Shown here: positions 24,672 to 37,051 of the stretch, piece after piece
Layout: the number at the start of each line of letters is the position of its first letter
Position numbering within the stretch: position 1 is the first letter of the stretch
Assembly (NCBI GenBank): GCA_964199315.1
Contig: OZ116698.1
Coordinates: 19,096,001-19,160,000 of the forward strand
Length of the DNA: 64,000 nucleotides
Direction of reading: 5' to 3'
Source: Orbicella franksi
Lineage: Eukaryota
The notes under the pieces: model-generated
Seen by the model: only the letters and a program-made list of their open reading frames with translations
Told to the model about the DNA's origin: nothing
Databases searched by the model: none
Made by a program: the position numbers and the translations under genes

Positions 24672-27494
24672 CGACTTCGGTGCGAGCAGACCCAAGCTTC
24701 CACTCGGCCAAATTTTGAGTCACGCAACCTGTGATGTTTACTCGCCAAAAGCTGTCGAAACAATAAATCTCATCTTTCGCGGGAATAAATTAAAAACCCA
24801 GCGCTCGTCAAAAATTATATTTTTTCACCAGAAATTTAGCTCGGAACATATACATATTTATATTTGTTTGAATCGTCGATGAAATGACCTATTCCGGATA
24901 TTTTTTCCTTCGGGGTCAACCGAAACCTCAGATTACAAAATCACGCCGAACCCACATGTTGCAAAAAAATCTCTTCAAAACCCTGACTTTGAAGCGATAT
25001 AACACTTCAGCGTTAATAGCTACCACACATCGGCAGGCGGTAAATCTATCCCTTAACAATCCAGCTTTATCGTGTTAAAATTTCAGCGAAATCGAACAAA
25101 ACCAGAATTAATTCGAATTTTTTTGTGACCTCACTCCCCAGACTTGTCCTAACAAAGGAAGCAACGGTCGCCCATAGCAACCGAAAGACACCAACATAAC
25201 AAAGCCGACGTTTCGGCCAAAAAACTCCACAATTATCGCCTGAGAGTTTAAACTTGAATGGGAACATCTTTTTCGAACCTTTTTCAACTGATTTAGACGA
25301 AAGACTGGCCTCGGCGGGCTACAAAAACGACAAAGAGAAAAAACAGAACAAGACAGCAGAACAAGCCGATAATATTTCATCGCGTGGCTTTCGACACGAA
25401 CACAAAAATACAGCTTACTTCTGGATAAATTCAGCCTTAGAAGCCAGCAACCGGTCCCAAATTACTTTCTGTATCCTTACAAATGTCCTGATTTCCATCT
25501 CCGAAAGATTTTGCCCCAATTTTGAGCAAATAAACATTTCGCCGGCGGCGACCGCCATTACGGTGGCTTGCATACTAAATTAGCTAACTTAACAAAATTC
25601 TCCCGAGGGGGGAGATACGACAAATTTGGTGAGAATCAACAGTAACGCCAATTTTCTGTCACGTTTTCAATCTGTGGTCACTGGAGTGACCAAAATCGAT
25701 ACATCGGTCGGGATAGGGTTTTTTTATGACTTGTGTGACTACTTTGCTAGCCCTTTACTCGTGGAAAACACCAATTAAATTTAATCATGACTTTTAAGAA
25801 AGAAAGCTGTTGTTAATAGTGTTATTATTGTGTCGTTGATATCGTTCATGCCCATACATATCCCGAAGAAAGTTCTAGATTAAGACCGATTTGTCAACGG
25901 CTACCACTGATGGTGCAATAACACAGTTTGTGTTGATCAAGTGATGTGATGTCTACAGTAAGAAAAGAATCATCAATGACTGCTTTGGAATGTGCACTGC
26001 GTTCCGACGGTAGTGCTAAGCGAACAGTTAAATTTTAAAAGCGCGGTTATAAGATCTAACAGATCTTCTTGTTTTTTTCGACTTCGGTGCGAGCAGACCC
26101 AAGCTTCCACTCGGCCAAATTTTGAGTCACGCAACCTGTGATGTTTACTCGCCAAAAGCTGTTGAAGCAATAAATCTCATCTTTCGCGGGAAAAAATTAA
26201 AAACCCAGCGCTCGTCAAAAATTATATTTTTTCACCAGAAATTTAGCTCGGAACATATACATATTTATATTCCTTTGAATCGTCCATGAAATGACCTTTT
26301 CCGGATATTTTTTCCTTCGGGGTCAACCGAAACCTCAGATTACAAAATCACGCCGAACCCACATGTTGCAAAAAAATCTCTTCAAAACCCTGACTTCGAA
26401 GCGATATAACACTTCAGCGTTAATAGCTACCACACATCGGCAGGCGGTAAATCTATTCGTTAACAATTCAGCTTTATCGTGTTAAAATTTCAGCGAAATC
26501 GAACAAAACCAGAATTAATTCGAATTTTTTTGTGACCTCACTTCCCAGACTTGTCCTAACAAAGGAAGCAACGGTCGCCCATAGCAACCGAAAGACACCA
26601 ACATAACAAAGCCGACGTTTCGGCCAAAAAACTCCACAATTATCGCCTGAGAGTTTAAACTTGAATGGGAACATCTTTTTCGAACCTTTTTCAACTGATT
26701 TAGACGAAAGACTGGCCTCGGCGGGCTACAAAAACGACAAAGAGAAAAAACAGAACAAGACAGCAGAACAAGCCGATAATATTTCATCGCGTGGCTTTCG
26801 ACACGAAAACGAAAATACAGCTTACTTCTGGATAGATTTAGCCTTAGAAGCCAGCAACCGGTCCCAAATTACTTTCTGTATCCTTACAAATGTCCTGATT
26901 TCCATCTCCGAAAGATTTTGCCCCAATTTTGAGCAAATAAACATTTCGCCGGCGGCGACCGCCATTACGGTGGCTTGCATACTAAATTAGCTAACTTAAC
27001 AAAATTCTCCCGACGGGGGGGATACGACAAATTTGGTGAGAATCAACAGTAACGCCAATTTTCTGTCACGTTTTCAATCTGTGGTCACTGGAGTGACCAA
27101 AATCGATACATCGGTCGGGATAGGGTTTTTTTATGACTTGTGTGACTACTTTGCTAGCCCTTTACTCGTGGAAAACACCAATTAAATTTAATCATGACTT
27201 TTAAGAAAGAAAGCTGTTGTTAATAGTGTTATTATTGTGTCGTTGATATCGTTCATGCCCATACATATCCCGAAGAAAGTTCTAGATTAAGACCATTAAG
27301 TCATCGGAGATTTGTCAAAGGCTACCACTGATGGTGCAATAATACAGTTTGTGTTGATCAAGTGATGTGATGTCTACAGTAAGAAAAGAATCATCAATGA
27401 CTGCTTTGGAATGTGCACTGCGTTCCGACGGTAGTGCTAAGCGAACAGTTAAATTTTAAAAGCGCGGTTATAAGATCTAACAGATCTTCTTGTT
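24666..27494. repeat. Tandem duplication of a ~1.41-kb unit (copy 1 ~24666..26074, copy 2 ~26075..27494)
   Basis: Constant 1407-bp offset (e.g. ORFs 24884/26291, 25254/26661), scattered substitutions, and a short insertion near 27295..27310 in copy 2. Ends ~260 bp upstream of the ITPA ATG. Confidence 0.95.
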
Positions 27495-27753
27495 ACTATA
27501 GTTTTGGTAGTGACTTATCCCGTACCGCTGCGCGGTCAGCAGCAACGCTTTGCAGCGCCGATCGAAAAGCAAATAAACCTGGAAAGTACGAACGTTTTAG
27601 CACATAACAAAGAAGTCATTTGTGTCGTTTCCATTGTCACGCTCGAAAAGGCCTGGCGATGAGTTTAATTGTTTCAGTTTCGCGCCCGCAATTTATTGAC
27701 TGCGGGAGAGTGAAAGAAGATCGAAGAAGATCGCGAAGAGAGATCAGAACAAA

Positions 27754-30700
27754 ATGTCGAGAAATACGTTAGCATTTGTGACGGGGAATCACAACAAGCT
27801 CAAAGAAGTAAGTACGTCAAGAAAGAGTAGCTGGTCCGCTCATTCAGATCAGTCCATTTCCCCGACCTATTAAAGTTGATTAAACAACGAAGTATGCACA
27901 TCGTCCATTTCAATATCCACATCTGTGTAGAGGGCTAAACTTCAGCTGCTCGAATCCCTTGAAAATTTAGGTATTGTCAAACTCCATTAGAGTTGGAGTT
28001 TATACTAAAAGTGGGCCGTAAACAGGATTGTAAACTGTACCATCTTACCCTGATTCGATCGTCCGGAACCGCCATTTTGACCCGGGCGGGGGGCGGGGTA
28101 CTTTGGGAATTTCTGGGTAGGGATGTGCCGCTGGGACCCTGGAACCCTTAGCCTAAACCAGAGCTAGTTCAGCTGAATTTTGCTACCCTATACTAGAGTA
28201 AACTCCCCAAATCCCTCCATCTATCGACACTGTGGAGGCTTATTTGCGTAAATTTAAACTAACCGATTTCACTTTTTTATATTTTTGAGTGGCAATTCCT
28301 GGTTTCCTTAGTCTAAATAAAATCTTCAACCAACTGGTCAGTTTCGCGAAAAATGATACCCTATACTAGACCCAAATGCTCTGATTTATATACCCTATCC
28401 CAAAGTAAACTGCTTGAAAACCATACCCTTCATAGCAGCACATACCTATGTAGCACATATATGACAGTGCCCCCCCCCCCCGGCATTTTGAATATGTAGT
28501 GTGAAAAACTACATGGTCATACGACGGTAAAACATGGCCAGGGTATGAGCAAGCAAAGGAGGTACGGTTCATAACTTGTGCTGAGAGTTGTAAAGTATTG
28601 AAATATGTGTAGGTGCAAATTCGAATGTCTTAAGCTTTATAGCATAGTAATATACGCGATCATGTGTACAAGTCCTAACCTTCTCCGATTGTTTTGAAGG
28701 TTGTTGCGATATTAGGAGACACATTTCCCTGGAAAGTGGAATCCAGGAATATAGATTGTAAGTACGATAACTTCCAGAGAACCATTCAGGCTTTAAGGTG
28801 TAAATATTTTAAAATATAGACTGTAACTATTAATCATGCGATCAAATCGCCAGACATGACACTCGATTGGCTGGTCAGGTGCATTCTATGTTGTTATGAA
28901 TGAGAGGGGCAGAGAGAGGCATCATGACCTGGGTCCACAAATTTACAGTTCTCATTCTTTCAGTATTTTCTACCATTTCTGGAAAAACTGGTTCAGAGTG
29001 CTAGAGATTATCCCTTTTTCTGTAGCAAGGATCAGCTAGACAAAAACAACAAAAACAACAACAACAACAAACAAAAACAGAACAAAAAACAAACAAACAA
29101 ACAAACAGAGAAAAGAAGCAACTAGTTGTATTTGATACTCTGCCTGGATCCTGGATTCTAGTCCATTGCAAGTCCCCCACCCCTATAACTGGCATTTTTT
29201 CAGGAGTTAATATCCTCTAAGGTGAAGAGAAGTGCTCTTCCCTAAGAACACACCATAATAAACCTGTCTAGTGCTTGAACCTGGGCTGCTCAGTCCTTAG
29301 CCCAATGCACCATTATTTTCATTTTTATTATTTTTAATTTATTTATCCCCCATTTCCTGCCTTGTCAACAATCCTGCTCCCTGCCTTGCCCTCTCATCCA
29401 GAACCTTCTTGCCTTTTTTTTTTTCTGTTGGTTCATGCCTCCCCCCCCCCCCCCCCCAAAGAGCAACTTGTTACATTAATTTTAAATAATTTGAATACAG
29501 CCAATCACAAATATTGCCCTTCATCTCTCTGTAGTACCTGAATTTCAAGGTGAACCTGATGAAATCTCTGAGGAGAAGTGCAAAGTTGCTGTTAGAGAGG
29601 TTTGGTTTTTAAAAACTCATTGCACTGAATCACAACTAATGTTTAGTCTTCATTTATTCAGGTTTTGCACATGAATAATATTATTTGTATCAATATTACT
29701 TGATGATATTACTTTTAAGTAGATGTTGCACTATGTAGATAAGGGCAAAAAAGCCATGGAAGATTTACAGAAGATCATTTAATGGTTACCCCCACACCCA
29801 ATCCAGACACACAATTTCCCTCCTCAGTGAAAACTTGAAGAATTTAGGTCAATGTTTCCAAGATGAATAAACCTTGACTTCATCTCTTTTACATGTTACA
29901 AAAATAACTTCAACCAGAACTTTGATGCATGTTGTTTTATTGTTGCGCTTTCTTTTCTTGATTTGTGTGTGTAATTAGATTGGAGGTCCAGTGATAGTTG
30001 AAGACACATGCTTGTGTTTCTCTGCCCTAGGAGATCTTCCAGGACCTTATATGTGAGTATTATTTTGAAATTTTTTTCTTAAGAGTAATAATTAGTATTC
30101 CTAGCAGTCCAAGGATACATGTAAATTTAAAATCATAGAGCAGTGACTGTTTAAAGAGGACAAAAACCTCTCAATACTAAAAACAATGCTTTCAGACAAC
30201 AAAATGTAGGGTTGCTGATGATAAGCCTTGTACATTTTCATGTACTTCAAAATAGAATGCATGTACATGTTTTTATGTGCAAGTACCAGTAGTTTCAAGA
30301 AAGCACCACTTCCTGTCACATGTGATACTAACAAGGTGATCTCTCTTGCTACATGTGTAAGTTTTTTCTCAATTACTTTAAAAACTCTCCGATATCTCTA
30401 CATATCTACCTGGTTGTTGAGACAAGTCCCACCCATGGGTTCTGTCAGTCTTCTGGTGGCCCATGATAACTGATAAATCTGGAAATATAAATAAATCTGC
30501 TGGAACTTTAAATGTAGTATTACTAACAGCAAATGTTATAATTTTTTTCCGCATCATTTTTAGAAAGTGGTTCTTGAAGAAGTTAGGACCAGAAGGTGAG
30601 CACACGGTATTTGCTTTTTGCAGGGCACTAATAAACTAAGAAACAAAAGTATAAATAAACGTACAGGTAGCATAACACAAAGTTCTGAGGTTTAAATGTT

Positions 30701-31366
30701 GCTGTATCTTGGCCAAGAACCGAACAGGGTTGTTGTTCATTTGAACACAGAGCTGCAATTGCCTGGAACTCTTTACCTGACACTCAAACAGTTTGAAAAC
30801 CCTCTCTCTTTTAAAAGAAAGATAAAATCGATCAAGACCTATGTCAGAAACCTCAGTTTCCAAAAGGAATGCTCTGTAAATTATAATTATAAGAACCCTG
30901 AATTTAGGTATTTTTAAATTAATTGATTACTCCTCTTATCGTTATTGTATAGTATTTTCGCTTTATGACAATTGTATTGTAAATTTCTGTTTCTCTTATT
31001 TAGACTTAGTAGTTGTAGGTCCACATCAGCTGTACAGTTGTTTATTTTAAACCTACTTATCAAATAAATGTATCTATGCGTGTATGTATGTATGTATGAG
31101 TAGTGTAGATACATGTACTGAAATTGCAGATTTCTGAATGGTTTACTCGGTGATGCTTTCTTGTTTACATATAACATCCTGAATAATTGAAGACATTATC
31201 TTATACACCTGTAGTGTTATGTCTTAGCCATGTAAGTCTTTTTTTATGGGGAATGGAAGTGGGCATGTGGTTGGAGATAGGAGGTGAGCACACTAACTAG
31301 GAGGCCACCATGCCTCCACATATTGTGAGAAAGCCTCCTAATTAAAGGTTATTATTATTATTATTA

Positions 31367-31428
<62 letters not shown>

Positions 31429-33573
31429 GCTCTAAGGGCTTTCTCCTGGTACTCTGTTTTCCTCCCTACACAAGAACCATTACTCCAAAATCCAATTTGA
31501 CTAGGATAGGGGACCCGTATAAAGTATCTAAGGCTGATGTAGCATTGTTTCTAGTATTGTAATTTATTTTCAGTTATTTCATAGTAAATTTGAGAATGCA
31601 CTACCAGTGTATCTCAGGATATAATTATTTATATTATTGTTAATCTTTTATTAGGTCTATACAGACTTTTAACAGGATGGGAAGATAAGTCAGCATATGC
31701 ACTTTGTACCTTTGCATATTCAACAGGAAAACTTGAGGACCCTGTCATGCTTTTTAGAGGAAAAACAATGGTATTTACTCCAAATGAAAAGTAACTTTGT
31801 GTTTATTTTTTGTCATTTAAACCAGATTTGAGACTTGTATAGCAATCACACAAACTTACCTGTAACTACACAAATTAGATATTACAGTTAGTCAAGTAAG
31901 CCTTGTTGGTCAGTTTGGTCATATATCCATGTTTTGGATGTCATGTAAAACTTCATATATGACACAAAGTCAATGTGTAAACATGTACAATACAAAATCT
32001 GCCAAGATGTGACCAGCAATGCTTAGTTTCAGACAGCACTCAGAAGTGTGGTTTCATGAAAATCAAAGATCTGCACAAAGTGCAAGTCAAGAGTCAAGTG
32101 AGTCAAAATGCCAGCTATTCTGGTTAGGCTACGTAACAGTCTAGTTAGCCTAAATAGCCCTCCCCCCCCCCCCCAAAAAAAAAAAGGGGTTGTTAGCCTT
32201 AGATCCAGATGTGTAGGGATTACTGGGTTGCATGGCTCCCTTGCGGTTTAGCCTATACATGTATAATGCTCCTATAAGCCTACATTGTAACTAGCACTCC
32301 ATTTAGTCTAAATAAGTGAATAGCAGTCTGGTGAGCCCAAGGTAGCTTAGTTAGCTTGTGGTTAGCCGTTTTGTTGGGTTCAGGGATCCTGCCTTGCCAC
32401 TGAGCTGGTTTGCATATTAGTAAATGCAATACTCAAAATAAAAAAACTCATTATATAAAGTCATACTTTTCTTGTTACTTTCAAAGGGCAAAATAGTTGA
32501 ACCCAGAGGTCCAAGGAATTTTGGATGGGATCCATGTTTTCAACCAGATGGCTTTGAACAGACGTGAGTCACATTGTACAATGACATTCTGTAGAAACTA
32601 TTTTTAAGTTAAGTACTGTTAATCATTTTTACTGAGTTTTTACAGTATGTGTACATTCTAAGGCTTTTCGCCAGATACAATGTATGATGTGTGACAAAGC
32701 TACATTTTCAAAATGTAGGTAGCTTTGTTGATAAAAATAAATACCGGTAGTTGTAAAATAACATATTAAACAGTTTCAGTTGGTAACATGTAAAAGTGCA
32801 ATATTTTACTAGACGTGGGCAGTCTGTTTTTCTCTTGAAATCAGGCAAGGATTTTGAGATGAGATGTTTCAGACTAGAAGTAGACAGCTGGTAGCCGGTC
32901 TTTTCTCTTAGGTTCAGATGGCTGCTTGTTTGTGAAGACAAATATGAAAGGGCGGTATGGGCAAAAGGGATTGAGGCAAAACGAGAAAAAAAACTAGTCT
33001 GAAACATCTTACCACAGAATCCCTGCCTGATTTCAAGAGAAAAACAGACTGCCAGCAGTTAACACTAGAAGGACACATGTATGGCTCCCAGCAGTCTAAT
33101 AATTATTTTATAGGCAGGATATACATGTATATGCATTAATAAACATACATGTACATGTATTCCAAACTTGCCTTCACGTTAGCTGTGCTTGGTGTTCAGT
33201 AATTAGTAACAATACATGCAAGTCAAACGAACACTCTAGGTACATGGAGAGACATGTCCATGTACATGTTATTGTAGCTTTTAGACGTGTATCATGCAAT
33301 GAGTCAAAGAAAAAATCTGTATCATGGGATATTTTTTAGTTCTTGTGCTGTATTTTTATTAGTAAACGTGTGTACACATCACCCTGACCTTCTAGTTTCT
33401 GCATTCTCCCCAGGTATGCAGAGATGCCATCAGAAATCAAAAATTCCATCTCACACAGGGGTAAAGCTCTGAAGGCATTAAAGGAACACTTTGAGAGTAC
33501 AGTGACAGCCAATGAAAATCAAAGTGATGAACCAGTAAATAAGAAACCCAGGAACTTCACTGAGAAAACATGA
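27754..33573 (+). CDS. ITPA: Inosine triphosphate pyrophosphatase (HAM1 family), 211 aa. join(27754..27807,28700..28757,29535..29599,29979..30052,30564..30595,31655..31770,32487..32563,33414..33573)
   Basis: Not in the ORF track because the exons are short. Spliced product has [66 protein letters not shown] and the SHR motif ([10 protein letters not shown]). All junctions GT-AG and in phase (636 nt). Confidence 0.97.
28081..28482. mobile_element. MITE with CCCGGG(G)n...(C)nCGG termini in ITPA intron 1
   Basis: G-run/C-run inverted termini followed by GTACT/AGTGC; no ORF of note. Confidence 0.6.
31260..31570 (+). mobile_element. Decayed L2/CR1-type 3' tail, (ATT)n microsatellite (31349..31428) and V-domain SINE-like fragment (~31436..31570) in ITPA intron 5; similar L2-type tail at ~29140..29310
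   Basis: CACTAACTAGGAGGCCACCATGCCTCC resembles the L2 3' terminal stem-loop; GGGCTTTCTCCTGGTACTCTGTTTTCCTCCC resembles the V-SINE core; ~26 ATT units. Recalled similarity only. Confidence 0.5.
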
Positions 33574-34465
33574 ACAGCATCAATATTGATACTGCATGAA
33601 AGTAACATTGGTCACTTGATGTACATTGTATATTTAAATATTTTCTGCTTCTGTTGAGTTAATTATTAAAAAAAAATCATTAACATTTTTAGTGTTTCAC
33701 TCTTTTGTTTCACACCTTTTTATTAGTCATGATCAGTTATTTCAACATACATGTACAAATCTCCTATACTAACTAGTCTCCATTATGATAGTCTTATTGT
33801 ACATGTATTACATGTATCACATAAATGGTATATTGGAAAAACTGAACCTAGTGGCAGGTATCACATCATGTGTCATGACTGTGACATTAAGAATTTTAAT
33901 GCTTTTTCCCCTTTTTATAATGGCATAATGCTATTATAAACTGGAAGGAATAATTTATCTTGATATTGCCTCCCCTTACCGGTAAATCCTTTCTTATATT
34001 AAACTTTAGAATTATAAGAAATTTCTTAGAAATTATCTCTAAAAGCTGTGGGTAAAGTTGTGATCTTTAAACACTTCTTTTTGTGTTGAACTATGTAAAT
34101 ACCAAAATTTTTTTTTTACACCATCAATAATTTATTGTAATTGATAAAAAATAATTAAGTTTGAGGGGAACCTCCAATTTTGAAAGATTATTTTGCTTTA
34201 CGCTTTACTGCTATTTCATGATAGATAAAAACCTGTTACAAGCTACTGATGACTACTATACTTTTGCCACTGCTACTGCTGTTTATGTTTTTTTGATATA
34301 CTGTATGTGCTTATTAAAGTGACAATCAAACTTGTGATGTTTCTTTCTTACAAAATGGTTCAAAGAAAGTGTGGCAATGGCATTGATGAATATAAAAAGT
34401 GGCCTATGCAATTAGATTGTATGAAAATTCAAATTTGAGCTGCATTGCTGACGAATTTTAGTTAA

Positions 34466-36080
34466 CTACCATTTGGGAACCCACCCACAGCTGGTGCATA
34501 ATTTCATGTCATTCTTGTGAGCACCTCTGCAGTTCTTTTGCCTTTCTGTTACCAGAGCTGGAAGGCTGACATGGGTTGCATCACAGAGGGGTGGATTCTT
34601 GGTGTGTTTACAGCAGCAAATTGAGTAGATTCTTTGGGGATGGTCAGGAACCTTCCATTTCAAAGACTTGAAACCAGTTTTCTTGTGAGCTCCTATAAAT
34701 ACAACACTGATATTCATCCATCTATTTGTCTCAAATTTCCATTCAATTCTTTTCTGTGCAGTCAGTCAGTCAGTAACCTGCCATCAGGTGCATTTCTTTT
34801 TCTTTTCTTTTTTAAAGAGAAGGAACAGAGAAAGGCTTGAATAAAGGGATGGAGGGTATAATCAGAGGTTTAATAGTTGTTTGGTAAGTCGGTTATTTAG
34901 TCATTCAGTCTGCTTACCTACCTGCCCATCAGTGAATTGTTCACCCAGTCAGACTAGACACCAATCAGACTCTCTCCCCTAAGCACATGCTCCCTAGGGG
35001 AAAGGGAGGTGAAATGGGAGTTGGAAGGCACATGGGGGACGATGGGAAGTGCACTCTGAGCACTTCCGTTATTCCCTCTCCCCAGCCTCGGAACTACCAG
35101 CCTACACAGTCAATGCAACACAATAGAGGCCTTTGAAGAGGAGAGAGAGTCAGCCTTTGTTTTATTTGAAATTGTTTGATCAAATATGGTTGAACTCACC
35201 ATCACACCATGGCTGGGTTTTACTCAGCCCACAAGTACACCACTTCATGGTCTTGCCAGGTTCCAAATCTTCAATGTTGCAAGGTCCATACTGTGATACG
35301 TTAAGAACAGAAAAAGAATAGTGCAATAAACTACAAGTTGTTCAGGGAAACAGCCGTGGATAGCATTCTTGGACTTTCCAATACTAGAAATCACAACAAA
35401 CTGTCACAAGTAGCTAGAGGTCACTTTAAAAATTAGTGACCTTTTTCATCCTCAGTCAACCACTCTCACCGGTACCCCCTCTGAAGTCATGTGCTCTGCC
35501 TGAAACAAACACACACACATACACATACACTTTATCTAAACACGGTAGAAACATCAGTTATATTACAAGGTTGAGATTAAAAAAAAAAACAATAAACCAA
35601 AAAATTAGTCAATGCAACATTGGGGGGGGGGGGGGGGGAGGGGGTATGCTTTCCGTATTAGACTTGTGTAGTTGTACACGGTCACCTCTCCCCATGCCAG
35701 CCTAGCTGAACCCCTATTTGACAAAAATGATGTTCGGGAGGTCATGGGTTCGATTCCTGTCGGGGACTCAGAATTTTTCTTTGTCCCACGCTCGTGTCAT
35801 GTTGATTAATTCACCTTCACATTTCATTTCCCAGCTTAAAATTCACCATCTTTATTAACTTATCAAAAATGATATTTGTTTGGAAATGTACGGTGAAAGT
35901 GCATTTCATGGATTTAATGAGAAAATTCGTTAGCGGAAGACACTGAGAAGACCCTATTCGGAAGTCACTCAATGAAAATAATGAAAACCGTACCATTGCC
36001 ACCGCTGGACACAGCTCACCAATATTTGACACCTTCTTCCCATTATCACACGAAGCACCGTCAACAAGAAGTTGGCTCAT
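34466..36080 (-). CDS. CISD3: CDGSH iron-sulfur protein, CISD3/MiNT-like (two CDGSH motifs), about 134 aa. complement(join(34466..34692,35200..35290,35994..36080)); the 5' end is uncertain
   Basis: Motif 1 WCTCGLSKTQPWCDGAH and motif 2 ICCCKHTKNPPLCDATH both fit C-x-C-x2-S/T-x3-P-x-C-D-(G/A)-(S/A/T)-H. The N-strand PAVAM|YGPCNIEDLEPGKT joins in phase 0. An in-frame TAA lies four codons upstream of the ATG at 36080. Confidence 0.85.
35735..35865 (+). mobile_element. Fragment of another tRNA-derived SINE-like repeat in a CISD3-like intron
   Basis: GGAGGTCATGGGTTCGATTCCTGTCGGGGACTCAG: B box and tRNA 3' half followed by a T-rich body. Confidence 0.55.
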
Positions 36081-36099
36081 CGTCAGAAATTAATTTTTT

Positions 36100-37051
36100 C
36101 CACAATAAATATAGACAAAAGTGATGAAAAAGAGTGAAGATACTTTTATATGATCTCAGAAAGGTTGTCCAACCTTCTCACCGGCTTTCAGCTTTGTAAC
36201 CATTCTTTGCTTAGTAGCCTGGCTTTGTCTTTCCCCAAAATGGCGGGAGAGTTCGCATTCCTAAACAAATGAAAGAAAGGTCGATTTTGTTTGTTTGTGT
36301 ATGAGATCAGCCATTAAGGTAAGCTTAAGATGTCTTATTAATCCGTAGAGAATTACAGCCATAGACGTTTAAAGATCCTCTGGACTGATTCGAATTCTGT
36401 GGCGTGCGATCTCTTACTGGAGCTGGAGCTGGAGCGGGGAGCAGCGGATATTAATCATGTTCGTTTCGCTGCGATGAAGGGTCATTTCGTAGAAACAGCT
36501 GAGACACAAAAATGCCAGTTTTGCTCTAACATTTGAAAGAAGAGCAAAATCAGGTGCTTTCTTTCAATATCGCTCCTTTGTTTTCCATGTGCTGAACAAC
36601 AGATATTTTTGCACCAGTCAAAATAGTTTACCCTGGCCTTCCGTGGGGGTTTGACGAGAAATCCTGGGCTGTCAGAACTAGAAGAAGATCTTTAAATAGG
36701 AGGAATTATAATGCAGCTACAGGAAATAGCCATATTCACACCATGATTGCTCACTGGAAATTCCGAGAGGTTTATAGGAGTAGTAGGGAGGGGGGGAGAG
36801 GAGGCAGGAATGAGGGATGAGGGGCTCAAACCAGGGAAACACATTAAATATATACAGTGTATATTCTCTTGCCATGTAGACATATTTTTTAGAATGTAAA
36901 GCTTAAAGGTGATCTTGACCCCTCCTTTACCACCCTCTACAATATAATTTATATATATGCAACTCAATGTTTGAACATTCTTTTATAGAAAGTTAAGATC
37001 ATACAGTGAGGCAGAGTACGGACATAGTTATACCAGTCACAGGCCTGCAAG
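36100..37051. promoter_or_regulatory. Probable bidirectional promoter/leader region shared by the CISD3-like gene and RAD50; contains a YY1-like motif AAAATGGCGG at 36237..36246
   Basis: Divergent ATGs 972 bp apart; locally CpG-rich patch ~35950-36660 inside CpG-poor flanks. Candidate plus-strand leader donor (AAG|GTAAGC ~36318) and acceptor (TTTTATAG ~36988). No transcript data, so TSSs are unknown. Confidence 0.55.

Noticed and set aside
24884-26990. Paired ORFs of 64-109 aa appearing twice
   Set aside because: Present twice only because of the tandem duplication; overlapping on both strands with no recognisable domain or splice support.
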